This document shows positions 14,115 through 28,300 of a stretch of DNA of 64,000 nt, piece after piece. Source of the stretch: Octopus sinensis (taxonomy: Eukaryota). The position numbers and the translations under genes were made by a program. Numbering within the stretch: the first letter of the stretch is position 1; every line of letters begins with the position of its first letter. The stretch covers positions 104,842,001 through 104,906,000 of the forward strand of contig NC_043000.1 of assembly GCF_006345805.1 (NCBI RefSeq), in the 5' to 3' direction. The notes beneath the pieces were generated by a model. That model did no database searches, was not told the DNA's origin, and saw only the letters and a program-made list of their open reading frames with translations.

Positions 14115-14255
14115 CTGTAATGGGTGCCGTCTCCTCAATACTTCCGGTAGATATGCTGACTTCCGTAGTGTCCAGTATAATTTTCAGCATGGTTATGTAG
14201 AAGTGAATCCGAACTGCAAAGAGTTCTTTGTTCACCAAAGGCATGAATGAACCTC
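14115..14255 (-). CDS. Probable linker exon (GSFMPLVNKELFAVRIHFYITMLKIILDTTEVSISTGSIEETAPIT)
   Basis: Pyrimidine tract ending tttaag, donor ACAG|GTAAAA, 141 bp, open in phase 1-1 and compatible with the neighbouring exons. No domain recognised. Confidence 0.5.
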
Positions 14256-14782
14256 CTTAAACGGTGTAGGTCAAGGTGGATGAGAGAAAAGGACAACATT
14301 ATAAACAGTATTAAGAAGGGCAATTAGTTTTGAAAGGTCAGAAAACATTGACAATATCAACAACAGCAACAGCAACAACAGCAACACTATCAAATACTAC
14401 AACAGCCACAATAACAACATGAACAAATTCAATAGCTGTAGCAACAACAAGAGTACCACGAGATAAAAAAAAAAGCTGCAGCAGCAACAAGGACAACAGC
14501 AACAACTACTATAGGAACAGTTACTTCAATAACTATAAAAGCAGGAGAAATTGCGAGATGAACAGCAGTGACAAGAAGAGATGTAAAAATTGTAACAACA
14601 ATAGAAGTAACATCAATAAAAACATCAGCCACAACGAGAGCAATATCAACAGCTGCAGTAACTAACTGGCACTCCGTCAGTTACGACGAGTGTTCCAGTT
14701 GAACCGATCACCAGAACAGCCTGATCATAAAATTAACGTGAAAGTGATTGAGCCGACCACAGAAACGTATACCCTTAACGTA

Positions 14783-15191
14783 GGCGCAGGAGTGGCTGTG
14801 TGGTAAGTAGCTTGCTAACCAACTACATGGTTCCGGGTTCAGTCCCACTGCGTGGCATCTTGGGCGAGTGTCTTCTGCTATAGCCCCGGGACGACCAATG
14901 CCTTGTGAGTGGATTTGGTAGACGGAAACTGAAAGAAGCCTGTCGTATATATGTATATATATATGTGTGTGTGTTTGTGTGTCTGTGTTTGTCCCCCTAG
15001 CATTGCTTGACAACCGATGCTGGTGTGTTTACGTCCCCGTCACTTAGCGGTTCGGCAAAAAAGAGACCGATAGAATAAGTACTGGGCTTACAAAAAATAA
15101 GTCCCGGGGTCGATTTGCTCGACTAAAGGCGGTGCTCCAGCATGGCCGCAGTCAAATGACTGAAACAAGTAAAAGAGTAAAGAGTAAAGAG
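14783..15191 (+). mobile_element. tRNA-derived SINE, family A, inserted into an older family-C SINE (~14660-15395)
   Basis: Head ggcgcaggagtggctgtgtggtaag...gggttcagtccc, internal TA/TG tract, tail gctccagcatggccgcagtcaaatgactgaaac. The interrupted element resumes after 15191. Confidence 0.85.
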
Positions 15192-16144
15192 AGTTCTCAG
15201 GGAAATTCAGCGTAATACAGAATGTGACAAGGCTAGCCATTTGAATCATAGGTACAACTCATTTTCGCCTGCTGAGTGAGCTGGAGCAACCTGAAATAAA
15301 GTGTCTTGCTCAAGAACACAACACATTGTTGGAAATCGAACTCACGACCATACGATTGTGAGCCGAATATCCCAACCACTATGCTACGCACCTTCATACA
15401 ACAACAGTAGCTATAACAAGAATAATGACTCCTGCAGCAACTGCAATATCAACAACAATATGAAGATTAGCAATGACAAAAACAGCAGCAGCAGCAACGG
15501 TAATAACAATAATAGAAGTAGCAGCGGTAGCAACGGTAGTAACAGCACCTAAAATAGCAAGATTATAACAACAATACTAAAAACATGTGCAGTAACAGAA
15601 AGATAAGTACAGTGAGAGAAAGATAAGTACAGTAATTGCAATAACATCTCCCGTGGAACACAGTCCATATAAAAAAAATACCATTTGTAACAACTGCAAG
15701 ACAATAAAGAGTGCTGTACAATAACAAGTGTCGCTTGAAGAATTACTACCGAAGCAACGAACCAAATGAGAAAGACATATACATGATCACTTTACTTTAC
15801 TAGAAGGAGCACCTAATCTCTTTCATATCACACTCTATCTTTGTGAAAGAAAAATTTTAAAAAACGCGATCCGAGATACTCTCCTATATCCAAACAAGAT
15901 GAGTTAATCATGATTAAAATGTTTTTGATCACAGATTCGCTCCATCATGGTAACATTAATAATAACAACAACAAAAACAGCATATATATAAATATGAATT
16001 CCATAACAATATTGATATGGGGTAGCCAAACCTCCATGTAGTCACTCGACCAACTAGATATAACTACAAAATCTAACATCACATACTACGATCTTTAAAA
16101 AGGAAGGGCTTTGAATACATTGTCTAAAATATATATACATATAT

Positions 16145-16490
16145 ACTTTTAAAGATTATCAAAAGAAGCACTAGTTTGAGGCGATATCAAAGCACAATTT
16201 TGAGATTATATCATCAAAGAAAGTACTAGTTTGAAGATATATCATGAAACAAATTACTAGGTTCATGATATACCATCAAACACAGTACTAGGTATATTAT
16301 CAAACAAACCGTTTCTCAGAGGATAAACCATCAAACAAAACACAAATTTCAGCATTAATTCCAGAATATATCAAAGCTCTAATTTGAAGGTATATCATCA
16401 AACAAAGCATTTGTCTTAGGATATACAATCAAACAAAGCTCTAGCTTCAAGATATGTCATCAAATAAAGCTCTAATTTGAAAGTATTAGA
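16145..16490. repeat. Degenerate minisatellite, ~31-32-bp unit (atcatcaaacaaagctctaatttgaagatat-like), about 10 copies
   Basis: Periodic atcaaac/aaag...ctag/ctaattt motifs. Confidence 0.75.
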
Positions 16491-17074
16491 GTTTATGTGT
16501 CTAAAAGTGGACATAATTGGGATGTGGAGGGTGCGTACTTTAACGTGGTGTATGTCTGAGTATTGAGGTGTGCAAATGTGGAAGTGTATAGTGCGTATGT
16601 TAGTTGGGGTCTAGGGTGTTTTAGGGACGTGGAGGTGTTATTAGAGGAATGGGGATGTTATTAGAAAAGTTGGAGTGTTGCGTGTGTGATTGGGGGTGTG
16701 GGGTGTTGTCGAGTGTGTGTAATTATTCGGTGGGGCACGAGAGTGCGTATGGTGAGGTGAGAGTGAATGTGAAAGGAAAATATACCGATGAAATAAATGG
16801 GACAGTAACAGCTATTTCAAAGGCGTGATTGATGTTGTGTGCAAAGGTATGGCAAAATTACGTAGAAGTGCGAAACGGTTTTGTAACAAAGAGTGGAGTT
16901 TAAACTAAAATATGAAAAGGAGAAAATGGTGATAAACATATATATATATGTGTGTGGGCGTGGGCGTGCGCGTCGTGTGTGTTTATATATATGAATATAT
17001 ATATATATGTATGTATCTATCTGTACATATAATATATATACACACACACACACACACCACACACACACACACAC

Positions 17075-17135
<61 letters not shown>

Positions 17136-17760
17136 ATATACACGTGCGCGCACATTCACACATAAAACTTCAGTCGATCCCTCACTTTCTGTCAACGAAG
17201 ATATATGCAGAGATATGATTCGGTGTTTACATCTGTCTGTCACATACAGTGTTGGTTAAAATATATAGCTATACTACACATAATAACGTTAATGGCTCCA
17301 GAAACTTTGGGTAGCTAACGCACACCAATATCTACCATTTCTCATCCTTTCAACATATGTAATGACACTGAAAGCATGACTCCGATAATTAACTAATTTA
17401 TAAGCATTTTATGATTCTAGAATATTTCATGGAAATAGCAATATATTTTTTTTATTTTATCGGATTTTTTCCCAGTCGATATTTTCTGACGATTTTTCAG
17501 ATTTTCACCATTTAGAGAAAAAGCTTTTAATAAATTGTTTCATGGGAAATTTTTTATGGAATTTTTTATATGCACATTACAAAATAATGATGATGTGCGG
17601 ATGTAACCACCTCTCTTCAGTTTACCATATTTCAGAGAGAATCCTATCGTCTAGAGTTAAATACATTCATACATGCATACATAACCATGAATGCATACAT
17701 ACATGCATACATACTTACGAACGCGCGCGCACATATTCATTTATGTATACGTATGTATGC

Positions 17761-17813
<53 letters not shown>

Positions 17814-18177
17814 AATAAGCATGCATATGTATATACATGTGTAGAATACACATACACATCCTTCACAGGATGCATCTTAATTGTTCTAAACGAACTATTT
17901 TCCACTGTGAGAGCTGTATAACTAGTTGGAAATTAATTAGAAACATGAAAAACAAGTTATATGAAGGAAAATAGAACTGATAGAGAAAACAAAAAAAAAG
18001 TCACTCAATGAATAAGTGTATATATTACCTTGATGGGACATTAATTAATGTTACTCTGCTTGTATACATACACATATACTCACATATATGTATGTATATG
18101 TGCGTGTATATATATGAGTATATATATGTATATATGTATTTATGAGTGTGTATATATATATATATAATATATATATA

Positions 18178-18221
<44 letters not shown>

Positions 18222-18279
18222 TATATATACATATATACATATATATATGTAATTCTTAAGCAAGAATATTATTGATAGT

Positions 18280-19030
18280 GACTTGGAAGTTTCGACCAGT
18301 TAAACCATTGTTGGACTGCGATGTATTGAAGTCTATCTATCATGGTTTTAAACAGTTTCTGTTGAGTTGAAATCTTCGCAGGTTTTGTGGGTCTGAGTGT
18401 AATAGTAATTAGGTTTAAGGGGGGGCGGTTACGGAGAGATGCTTTGGAGAAATTTTATTGATTAAATTCGTGGTTATGATATTATTTAGAACTTATTCAT
18501 GTGTGTAGAACTTTGTAATCAAGTGTGTATGATTAGGTGTGCCCTATTTGTAAGGTAGGCAGAAGAGATGTCACAAGTTTTAATTGCTTTTGGTTTTATT
18601 GGATTTAATCCTTTGCTTTCACAATTTAAAAGTCAAAGTCCAGTATTTAAAAACTTAACAATTTGATGTGTCAGCTGTTTTGTCATGGAATATTTTAGGG
18701 GTTCATGAAAGAATGTTAGTAGGTTGTATGTTTTAGCTGGTCAGTTTCTTTACTTCTTGTTTTTGTTATTTAAGGTATTGTCTGTTTTTATTTGGAAGGT
18801 AGGGGTTATTAGTCAAGCATGCTATGATGTTAGTTTGGAAAATTGTTTCTTTTGTGCTTTGATGTTCACAAGAAAGTGAATATAAAGTCTGTGGGGCTGT
18901 ATGTTGCTCCCTTGTTGTTCATTGTTCTATCATCAATTTGATTAGTATCTAGAGATTTTAACTCTTGTTTTTTAGGGAGGTAGAATTTGTGGGCTGTGTG
19001 TTTATAAATATTTTTTCAACTTTGTTTCAA
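18280..19030 (-). mobile_element. Highly decayed Penelope-like relic
   Basis: Weak GIY-YIG-like residues on the minus strand near 18540-18600, then GAAACTTCCAAGTC (helix-III-like) at ~18283-18296. Confidence 0.3.
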
Positions 19031-19558
19031 ACGTGGATATTTTGTAATATATTATTTTAGGACTCTGGATATACGCAAAGTTTGGGCATGATAAAAAGTG
19101 TGCAAATGTTCATGTATAAAAATGGGAACAATATATATATAAAATTTTATTTTTATATATATATATAATATCTATATTTCAAATATTGCTTATATATATA
19201 TATATACATACATACATACATCCAATAACTTTGTCAAGTTTCAGAGCACAAAAATGTTTGTAAGTGTATGTATGCATAGAAACACACATATACACGCATT
19301 CGCATATAACCATACACAGTAAACACTCAGACATACGCTTTTGTGTCATTGCGTTTGATGTTATTATCAAAACTAATGGGAACAATTATTCAAGAGAATT
19401 TTATTTCATATAAAACGTATTGCATATTAAAATTCTCTGCCTTCAAAACAACCATTGCGAAAGGCAAAACACCTTAATGGAAAGTAAAAGAACAGCAGAT
19501 CTTCAGAAACAACTATAATAATTTCTTTAGTATATATATATATATATATAATATATAT

Positions 19559-19600
<42 letters not shown>

Positions 19601-20025
19601 ATATATAGATATATATGTATTTATATATATACACATATAAATACATACATACATACATACATACATACATACATACATACATACATACATAACATACATA
19701 CATACATACATACATAAATACATATATATATGTAATTAATGTGGGCAGTTGGTTGCAATATAAACCGTATAGACAAATTTTAGTCGTCACTAATTGTAAA
19801 TATATGTACTACAAGCCCATATATTGCTAGAAATAGAAGTTAAACCACTTATAGTTGCGAAAAAGCACATATATTATACTAATAGGGTAGATAAGTGCCC
19901 CATGAGCGAAGCAAAACTAGAATACTGGACTGTACTGTCTCATCTTAATGGGAATTGTCAACAGGGAACAGCTTATTTCCTGTCAGTAAATATATTTAAT
20001 ATATCTGTATTTGTTGATATATACA

Positions 20026-20225
20026 CACAGCAATCTCTCGACTATTGCGGGTGTTACATTCCAAAACCACCCACAGAAATAATTAAAATCTAAATAAAAT
20101 AAATATCTCTCGGCCGCAGAAACCCGCAATATACTGAGGGGACCACGATATAAATTTATATGTATCCTATCCAGAAAAATCCGCGATGTGCTGAGTGCGC
20201 GATAGGTGAACTGCGATGTACTGAG
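20026..20225. mobile_element. Tigger/pogo-like MITE relic
   Basis: cagcaatctctcgactattgcggg start and internal ccgcga motifs typical of Tigger-derived MITE ends. Confidence 0.45.
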
Positions 20226-20239
20226 TACGTGTATATATT

Positions 20240-20270
<31 letters not shown>

Positions 20271-20443
20271 ATATCGCCAAATGCAGATGTATAACATATA
20301 ATACAATATAGATTCTTGATGTATTAAAATTAGAGGATGTATCACAATTACCAAATGGTGATTGAAACAAGGTCCATTGTAGTATCCTCCTCTCTCTCTC
20401 TCCCTCCCCCTCTCTCTCTGTATACGTGTGTGTGAGTGTGTAA

Positions 20444-20496
<53 letters not shown>

Positions 20497-20867
20497 GTAT
20501 GTATATATGTATGTATATATATAGTGGGGAAGTGAGAGGGAAGTAAAAATAACTATTTACGAAATATATCATGTTATATTTCTATGATTCAGTTTACGAG
20601 GATGCTCAAATATATTCGTGAAAGAATATAAAAATCAGAGTGTGTATAATATATATAAGCAGTTGCACCTAAAAAGCAGAAATGAAAGCATAAATATTAA
20701 AATGAATATATATAACTCTGTGGTTAAAAAGTTCGCTTTACAATCACGCAGTTTCAAGTTCAGTGGGTCACCTTAAGCAAGTATCTCCTATCTATAAGCC
20801 AGGGGCCAATTAAAGCTTTCTGAGTAAACTTGTTCGACAGAAAGTGTATGAAAGCTTGTTGAGTGCA

Positions 20868-20902
<35 letters not shown>

Positions 20903-21960
20903 ATATCTTATCTATCTATCTATCTATCTATTATCTATCTAATCTCTCGCTATATATCTATTATATATATATATAATATAATATATACTATATATATATA
21001 TATATTATATATATATATATATATATTATGTATGTAAATTAGAGAAGACCCACCTTTTATCATTCAACAATGAAATAACAATGATATAATTAAATTATAC
21101 CATATAAAAAAATTAGATATATAATAAAAACATATACCAATAATAAAGTAAAGTATACAATAATAAATAAAAAGCATATAATTAAGTATAAAATCTTATA
21201 TAGATTTCATTCTTAATTGTAATTGATATATATATATCCAACTTTCTCACCTATATATATAAACGCCAGCTCAAAAATTTACTCGTCCTATCGAAAAGAC
21301 GCTTGTGTGTGACGTCCTGTTTTTGTTGTTATTATTATTATCATTATTGTTTTTACGTATTTTTGTATTCTTATTCGTGTTATCATTATTGTTTTTACGT
21401 ATTTTTGTATTTTTATTCGTGTAACATCGTCCGGTTTTCCGTCCTTGTTTTGTATACATTCGAGGCTTTCTTCCAAGGAATCTAATGCGCTTGGCTTAGA
21501 TTTTCCTTTGGGGCTGGCCAGATCGGAGCAATCTCAAGATTAATCAGCCGAAATTGCGAAGATGATCCGGTTCTTGACTGAAGATTGAAGGCTTCGAATG
21601 TCCCGTCCGTGTTTTTTGTATCGTCTTCTAAATGTTTTACGTTCTTGTCCCAGTTTGTATTTTTTTACATTTACATATATATATATATATATATATAAAG
21701 TTAATCCAAACAAGAAAACACAAAAAACAAAAAAAACACAACAATATATATATCAATTACAGTTAAGAATAAAACCTATATAGGATTTTATCAAGTAGTT
21801 TACGTGTAAAAACCAATTAAGGTAAAAATTAATACAAAGTATATAAGTCTACAAATATAATTATAAAATTATAGTAAGGGCAATTACCTCGCGTGGCATT
21901 ATCTCGTAATTACCCGTATTATAATGTTATAATTATATTTATAAAATTGTATACTTTGTA

Positions 21961-22049
<89 letters not shown>

Positions 22050-22102
22050 GTCTATCTATCTATCTATCTATTTATACATACATACATACATACATACATA
22101 CA

Positions 22103-22138
<36 letters not shown>

Positions 22139-22899
22139 TACATATAGTATGTATGTATGTATATACCGGCGATGCTCTAGAATAGAAGAATGTGCGTATG
22201 TGTGAGGGCGGAGGCGCGTGTGCGTGCGTTTCCCACCGTTTTTCAAAGAGTGCTGGTTTAAATCAGCATAAGTTAGCGATTCGGCAAAAGAAACCGATAG
22301 AATAAGTAACAGATTTCAAGAAATAAGTACTGGTGTTGATTTGTTCGACTAAATCTTTCAATGCGGTTCCCTAATACGACCGCAGTTCTATAAGTGACAC
22401 ATGTAAAAGATAACAGAGAAGAGAAATATACGCTGAGCTCCAATTTCCTTCATTTTACATCTGTGAGAGAAATACTATATCTAGGGATTTCATTGGTATG
22501 GTCTTCGTAAAAAAGGGAAAGGAAACAAGTCAAAAAGGCATCCAAGTGTACACTTTGCACTGAGTAGTTTGCTACTTTAAAATTTATGAATGAGAATCAC
22601 TTTATTTCCATTGGGCTCGTAAAACATACTTCTAAAGATGATATTGAAACCTTGCTGATCAGTAATAAATGCCCCGTAAGCAAGTGAAATCATTAGTAGT
22701 ACATGCAGTATTTCGCTTATTTTTCTCTTCAGATGTTTAATTATTATTGAACATCTTAATCATTTATTTATTCATTTATGCATACATATGTACCTATATA
22801 CGTACACACACAAAACACACCACACACACACACACACACACACGCACACACACACACACACACATACACACACACACACTCACACATACACATATATAA

Positions 22900-24365
22900 A
22901 CTGAAAGAAGGGATAATATGCCTTATCCATAAGGGAGGAAGCAGAGCAGATGCTAAAAATTATAGGCCTGACTCACTGATCTCAGACATCAGCAAAGTCA
23001 TGGAACGAATAGTCCGCAAGAAACTAATCGCGTTCCTTGAAGAAAATGATTTGCTGACCAAGCATGGATTTCGACTAGGTAGAAGTTGTCTAATACAGCT
23101 CTTGCAACACTACGACTGGGTGTTAAAACAACTGCTAAATGACTCAAGTGAGGATGTGATATATTTCGACTTTGCAAAATCCTTTGATAAAGTCGACAAT
23201 GGTATGTCACAAACTGTGTGATCTCCGCATAGGCGCAAACTTGGAGAGTGGCTGCATGACTTTCTAAAAGATAGACGTCAGGCAGTGGTGGCCAACGGAG
23301 CCACCTTCAAGGAAACACAAATAGCAAGTGGTGTTCCACAGGGTACTGTCTTAGGGCCATTGCTATTCATAGTGGCCCCTCAGACATGCCTAGCTGATCA
23401 GATACCCGCCCTTGCTAGCTATGCAGATTACACGAAAGTCTCTCAGACAATACAAAATCCAGGAAATATTGTACATCTGCAACTGAAGATGGACGCAATA
23501 TACAGGTGGGCTAATGACAACAACATGCAGTTTAATGCAGGAAAATTCCAAGCCGTGTGCTACCAGCATACAAAGCTGAACGACATGCAGACAGGATACA
23601 CTGGTCCAGGAGGAATTACAATCCTTGAATCAAAGTGAGTGCGTCACCCGAGCATTGACATGAGCAACGATGCATCTTTCCAAGCACATACTACCAATTT
23701 GGTAATAAAATGCAGACGGTTAGCTTTCAAACTTTCAAAACAAGACAAAAGGAGACATTGATGGTCCCTTGGAGGACATACGTCCTCAGTTGCTTGGACT
23801 ACTGCTCCCAACTATGATCACCACAAAATATAAAATTCCCGGCGGAACACGAAGCAATGCAACGAAGCTACATTAAGAAAATCGTCTCAATACAATGTAT
23901 CAGCTACTGGGAAAGACTTAAAAAATTAAAACTTTTCTCCCTAGAACGAAGGCGGGAAAGATATGTAGTGATATGCATCTGGAAAATCCTGGAAGGCCTT
24001 GCACCAAACTTTGGTATTGAAAGTTACTCAAAAAGCAGAACGGGGCGCCACTGCATCGCCATCAAAATGCAGGACCAGATACTGCGACAGCTTGGGTTTC
24101 AAGGGCCTACACCTCTTCAACATCTTTCCAAAATGCCTGATAGACCTGCACGGTGTGGATGTAAGTGTCTTTAAAACAAAACTGGATCTCTTCCTGCCAA
24201 GGGCTCCAGACGTGCCTACCTCACGGCAGGAAAAACAGTTGAGGGCAGCAGCATCAAACTCCGCCATTAACCAAATGCCATATATCAAAAGAGGTTTCAA
24301 ATAATGGTGTAGTACAGTTAATGGTGGTGCCCCAGCATGACCGCAGCTTTGAAGCTGAAACATTT
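22900..24365 (+). mobile_element. 5'-truncated, frameshifted CR1/L2-group LINE (reverse transcriptase and 3' end)
   Basis: ORF pieces NYRPDSLISDISKVMER, HGFRLGRSC, YFDFAKSFDKV, SGVPQGTVLGPLLF, YADYTK, SLERRRERY...WKILEGLAPN. Confidence 0.92.
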
Positions 24366-24393
24366 TAAAGATTTAAAGATTTATAAGTGTATT

Positions 24394-24485
<92 letters not shown>

Positions 24486-24556
24486 CGTATTTATGTATCT
24501 GTCTATATATCCATCCATCCATCCATCCATCCATCCATCCATCCATCCATCCATCT

Positions 24557-24633
<77 letters not shown>

Positions 24634-25558
24634 TTATCTATCTATCTATCAAACAATATAAGAACAACACATGCGTTGTTCTTATATTGTTTGAAATTTT
24701 ATGCATCAGCAAAGCGGGTTATTTTTTGGTTATGATGTAATATACTCATTGATCTATTAAGAAAATTCGTTGGAAACAGCTGTAATGAAGTGACACTCAT
24801 CAATTGGTTGTTATTTATTTGTTCAAAAAAGACCTCGCTGGAATCTCGACTCGTCGGACATTCTGGAGTATATCAAATACCGTACGACCAATACAACGCA
24901 CGCTTTTCTTTTAGCCCACAGACTATTAAAATATTCATAAGGATTAAATTATCTGTATACATAACCTGAATATTTCGCTGGATGTACTTTGGTATCCATG
25001 ATATTTATTCGAATAAAGATGCTGATTACAAGTTAATTCGACTAAAACTGGTGCCTGTCATTTAAGTACCTGATTCACTCGAATCCTTAATATATATATA
25101 TATATTTATATGTACACACATACATATACATATATTCACACATATTTATATTAGCAAAATGGAAAAGATAGGATAGTCAATACTGAGAAGCTGATCAAGG
25201 CAAAACAGCAGCATCAACAACAACAACATTAAGTCAACAAAAATACAACTTAACAACAAGAACATCAACAAGAACTACAACTTACCCTTATAAATATATA
25301 TTTATGTATATGCATAGTTGCAGTCACGGTCATGTGGTTAAGAAGCTCACTTCGCAATTATGTGGTTTCGTGTTCGATCCCAATGCGCACCATCTTGGGT
25401 AAGTGTCGCCTAATATAGCTTCGGGTTGACCAATGCCTTGTGAGTGGAATTTGGTTGACGGAAATAGTGCAGAAGTATATTGTGAGTGCGTGTTTATATA
25501 TATATATATATATATATATGCATATGCATATATGTACGCATATATATATACATGTATA

Positions 25559-25602
<44 letters not shown>

Positions 25603-25640
25603 TATATATATATACACACACATATATATATGCGCACACA

Positions 25641-25691
<51 letters not shown>

Positions 25692-26986
25692 TTATGTATG
25701 GATGGATGGATGTAAATTTATGTCTAAATAAATAATGTGTATATGTATACATACTCAAACACATATACCTGTATATGTATATGTGTGTGTTGTATATATA
25801 TGTATTTTTGTTTGTCTACATCTGTGTCAAGTTGTGCCCCATTACGCCCAACAGTAAACAAGTCATTCAATAAATTGATGTCGGTAAAATGAGAACCAAA
25901 TATGAAGTGATGTCAATATAGTCGACTAGACCCCCATGAAGTCAGTGGTGTCCCCGGCTTGGCCGGAGTCCACTGAATAAAACCATTAAACGGATAAATG
26001 AATAACAATAAAAGAAAATCTAATTCAGAAAAAATATAATGGTAAGTTCATGGATCGAAACATAGCAGGTTTATTAGTTTAGTTAAGAGCATAAACGTCC
26101 TTCCAGACGTGGCTATTAACAGATAACGCAATAAAGTGTGTGTAATAGAATTTTATTGATCAAAATGCAAAACTCATTGGTCTGCTTGTATCTCTTTTTC
26201 TTTTCGTTTTCTTTTTTGTTTTCACATGACATACTCAAAAGAGGGAAGACAGAGCTCATGAGCCTTTTGAAGTGCATTGTGATTGGTAGTAAGAAGGAAG
26301 GAAGATATCCACAAGCCAGAGATATGACCTGAATGAAACGGAGTGAACTCCGCTAAATCCCCCCACACAAAGAAAAACAACCAAAACAAGGTGTTGTGTT
26401 AAACTGGGGGACAGATTTAGTCTAACACTCCAGAACTAGAATGGTGTCTCCGACAAGCTTCCATTCGGTTTCCGTCATCCAAATTTCACTCATAAGGCTT
26501 TGGTCGATTCGATGCTATGATAGAAAGCACTTGCGCAAGGTGCTGTACAGTGGTATTGAACCGGGATCCACGTAGTTGCAAAGTGAATTTCGTAACCACA
26601 CAGCCATGGCTGCGCCCATATGTATGTATGCATGGATACAGGTAGAAGGAGAAATGACCGTTTGGAAATTTTGAATAAACAAATGGTTAGCCATCATGCA
26701 TTTTGCTAAATGTTCCTTGTTTTGTTTTTTTTAATTTTTTTTTATATAAAAATGTTTTATTCTTTTATTTTATCTTATCATTTTTTATTTGTTTAGTAGT
26801 TCTTCAAATGGGGACTCAAAACGTTTCTATGTGAATATGTCTGTTACGTTTTGATTTCATTAGTTTATTAAATTTTGTTTTTGTTTTATTATGATTTATT
26901 TGAATATTTTTAAGTATCTCTGTGTGTGTATGTGTGTATTATAATTTGTTGTTGACAGAATGTTTGGCGAATCTGACGTCACTTAC

Positions 26987-27178
26987 GTTGGCAGTAATTT
27001 TCACAGTCTATTTTACGAATGAACGCGACGTCTGCAACTCTGTGTAAGTATTTAGAACAGGTGTAAAACATTGTAGTACGGCATACGTTGCGTCGGTTAT
27101 CATAAAACCATATCTGTCTGAATTTGCCTTCGAATGAGTCGCACCGCATGTCAGCGTAGATCACTTTTGTATCGCATT
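26987..27178 (-). CDS. Exon encoding divergent Kunitz/BPTI-like module 2 (CDTKVIYADMRCDSFEGKFRQIWFYDNRRNVCRTTMFYTCSKYLHRVADVAFIRKIDCENYCQ)
   Basis: Acceptor ttatttgtttacag, donor C|GTAAGT, 192 bp, phase 1-1. Same Cys spacing as module 1. Confidence 0.88.
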
Positions 27179-27195
27179 CTGTAAACAAATAACAA

Positions 27196-27231
<36 letters not shown>

Positions 27232-27476
27232 ATATTACAATATACATACACACACATTTATACAGTACATGTATGTATGTATGTATGTATGTATGTATGT
27301 ATGTATGTATGTATGTATGTATGTATGTATGTATGTATGAGTGTGCGTGTGAATGTTTGGGGAGAGAGAGGGTGAAAGAGAGAGGGTGAAAGAGAGAGGG
27401 GTAGAGAGAGAGAGGGTGGAAGAGAGAGGGAGAGATAGGATGCAAGAGAGAGAGAGAGAGAGGAGAGAGAAAAAAA

Positions 27477-28300
27477 CAGGCATATCAGATACTATACAAC
27501 ATAAATTCAACATTTCTCCAAAGCTGGTATGCCATTTAAGAGGACAGTCGTGGATGCGTGTTTCTGCCTCTATAGGAGTCATCAGCATGACAGTTAACTC
27601 ATCCTAACTCCAGCAGCCGAGGGACTTAGACATATACAAAAAACAGTAGAGCATACTTATGGCCTAAGCAATTTACATAAACAGAAATAACTCAAAGTGG
27701 CCAGTGGCATATATTTAAACCACATAAACAAAATACAGGTATACCAAATACCATACAAGAACTGTTGGCTAATTAAAATTATCTCCGCCTGTAGAGGATA
27801 CACGTCTCCCAATCACCAAATGATGATTGAGACCAATACCATGTAGAAGAAGAGAGAATCTCAAGAATCATGATTTCTCCAAAGTAAGCATGCCATTAAG
27901 GATAAGGACAAGCTTATTTTTGTTTATTTACACAAATTTAGGCGACCATAAATGTGCTCTACTCTTTTCGTGTATCTAAGTCCATTGGCTGCTGGAGTCA
28001 AGGTAGAACAATTGCCATGCTGATGGCGACTATTGAAGCAGAAACATATGCGTGTGACTGTTCTCTAATCTCCAGACAATAAGCTTGTCTTTTTCCACAA
28101 TGGCATGTCAACTTTGGAAAAACTCTTGACTCTTGATATTATCTTCCATTGTCCTACGGCGCTGGTCTCAATCGGCATTTCGTAATTGTAACACATCCAC
28201 TACAGACAGAAATAATTTTAACAAATGAAGATTTCATGTTGTATACTATTTGATATACCTGTATTTGTTTATGGTGTTCAAATATATGCCTCTAGCACCC
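27477..28300. repeat. ~390-bp repeat unit: two partial tandem copies (27477-27918) followed by one full inverted copy (~27912-28300)
   Basis: 27500-27690 matches the reverse complement of 27915-28060, and 27686-27918 matches the reverse complement of 28078-28300. Clearly diverged but alignable by eye. Confidence 0.85.

Noticed and set aside
14783-14860. tRNA-like A/B-box sequences
   Set aside because: They are SINE heads rather than tRNA genes; no complete cloverleaf, and they continue into SINE bodies.
16145-16490. Regularly spaced repeats that might suggest a CRISPR array
   Set aside because: Eukaryotic degenerate minisatellite with no unique spacers and no cas genes.
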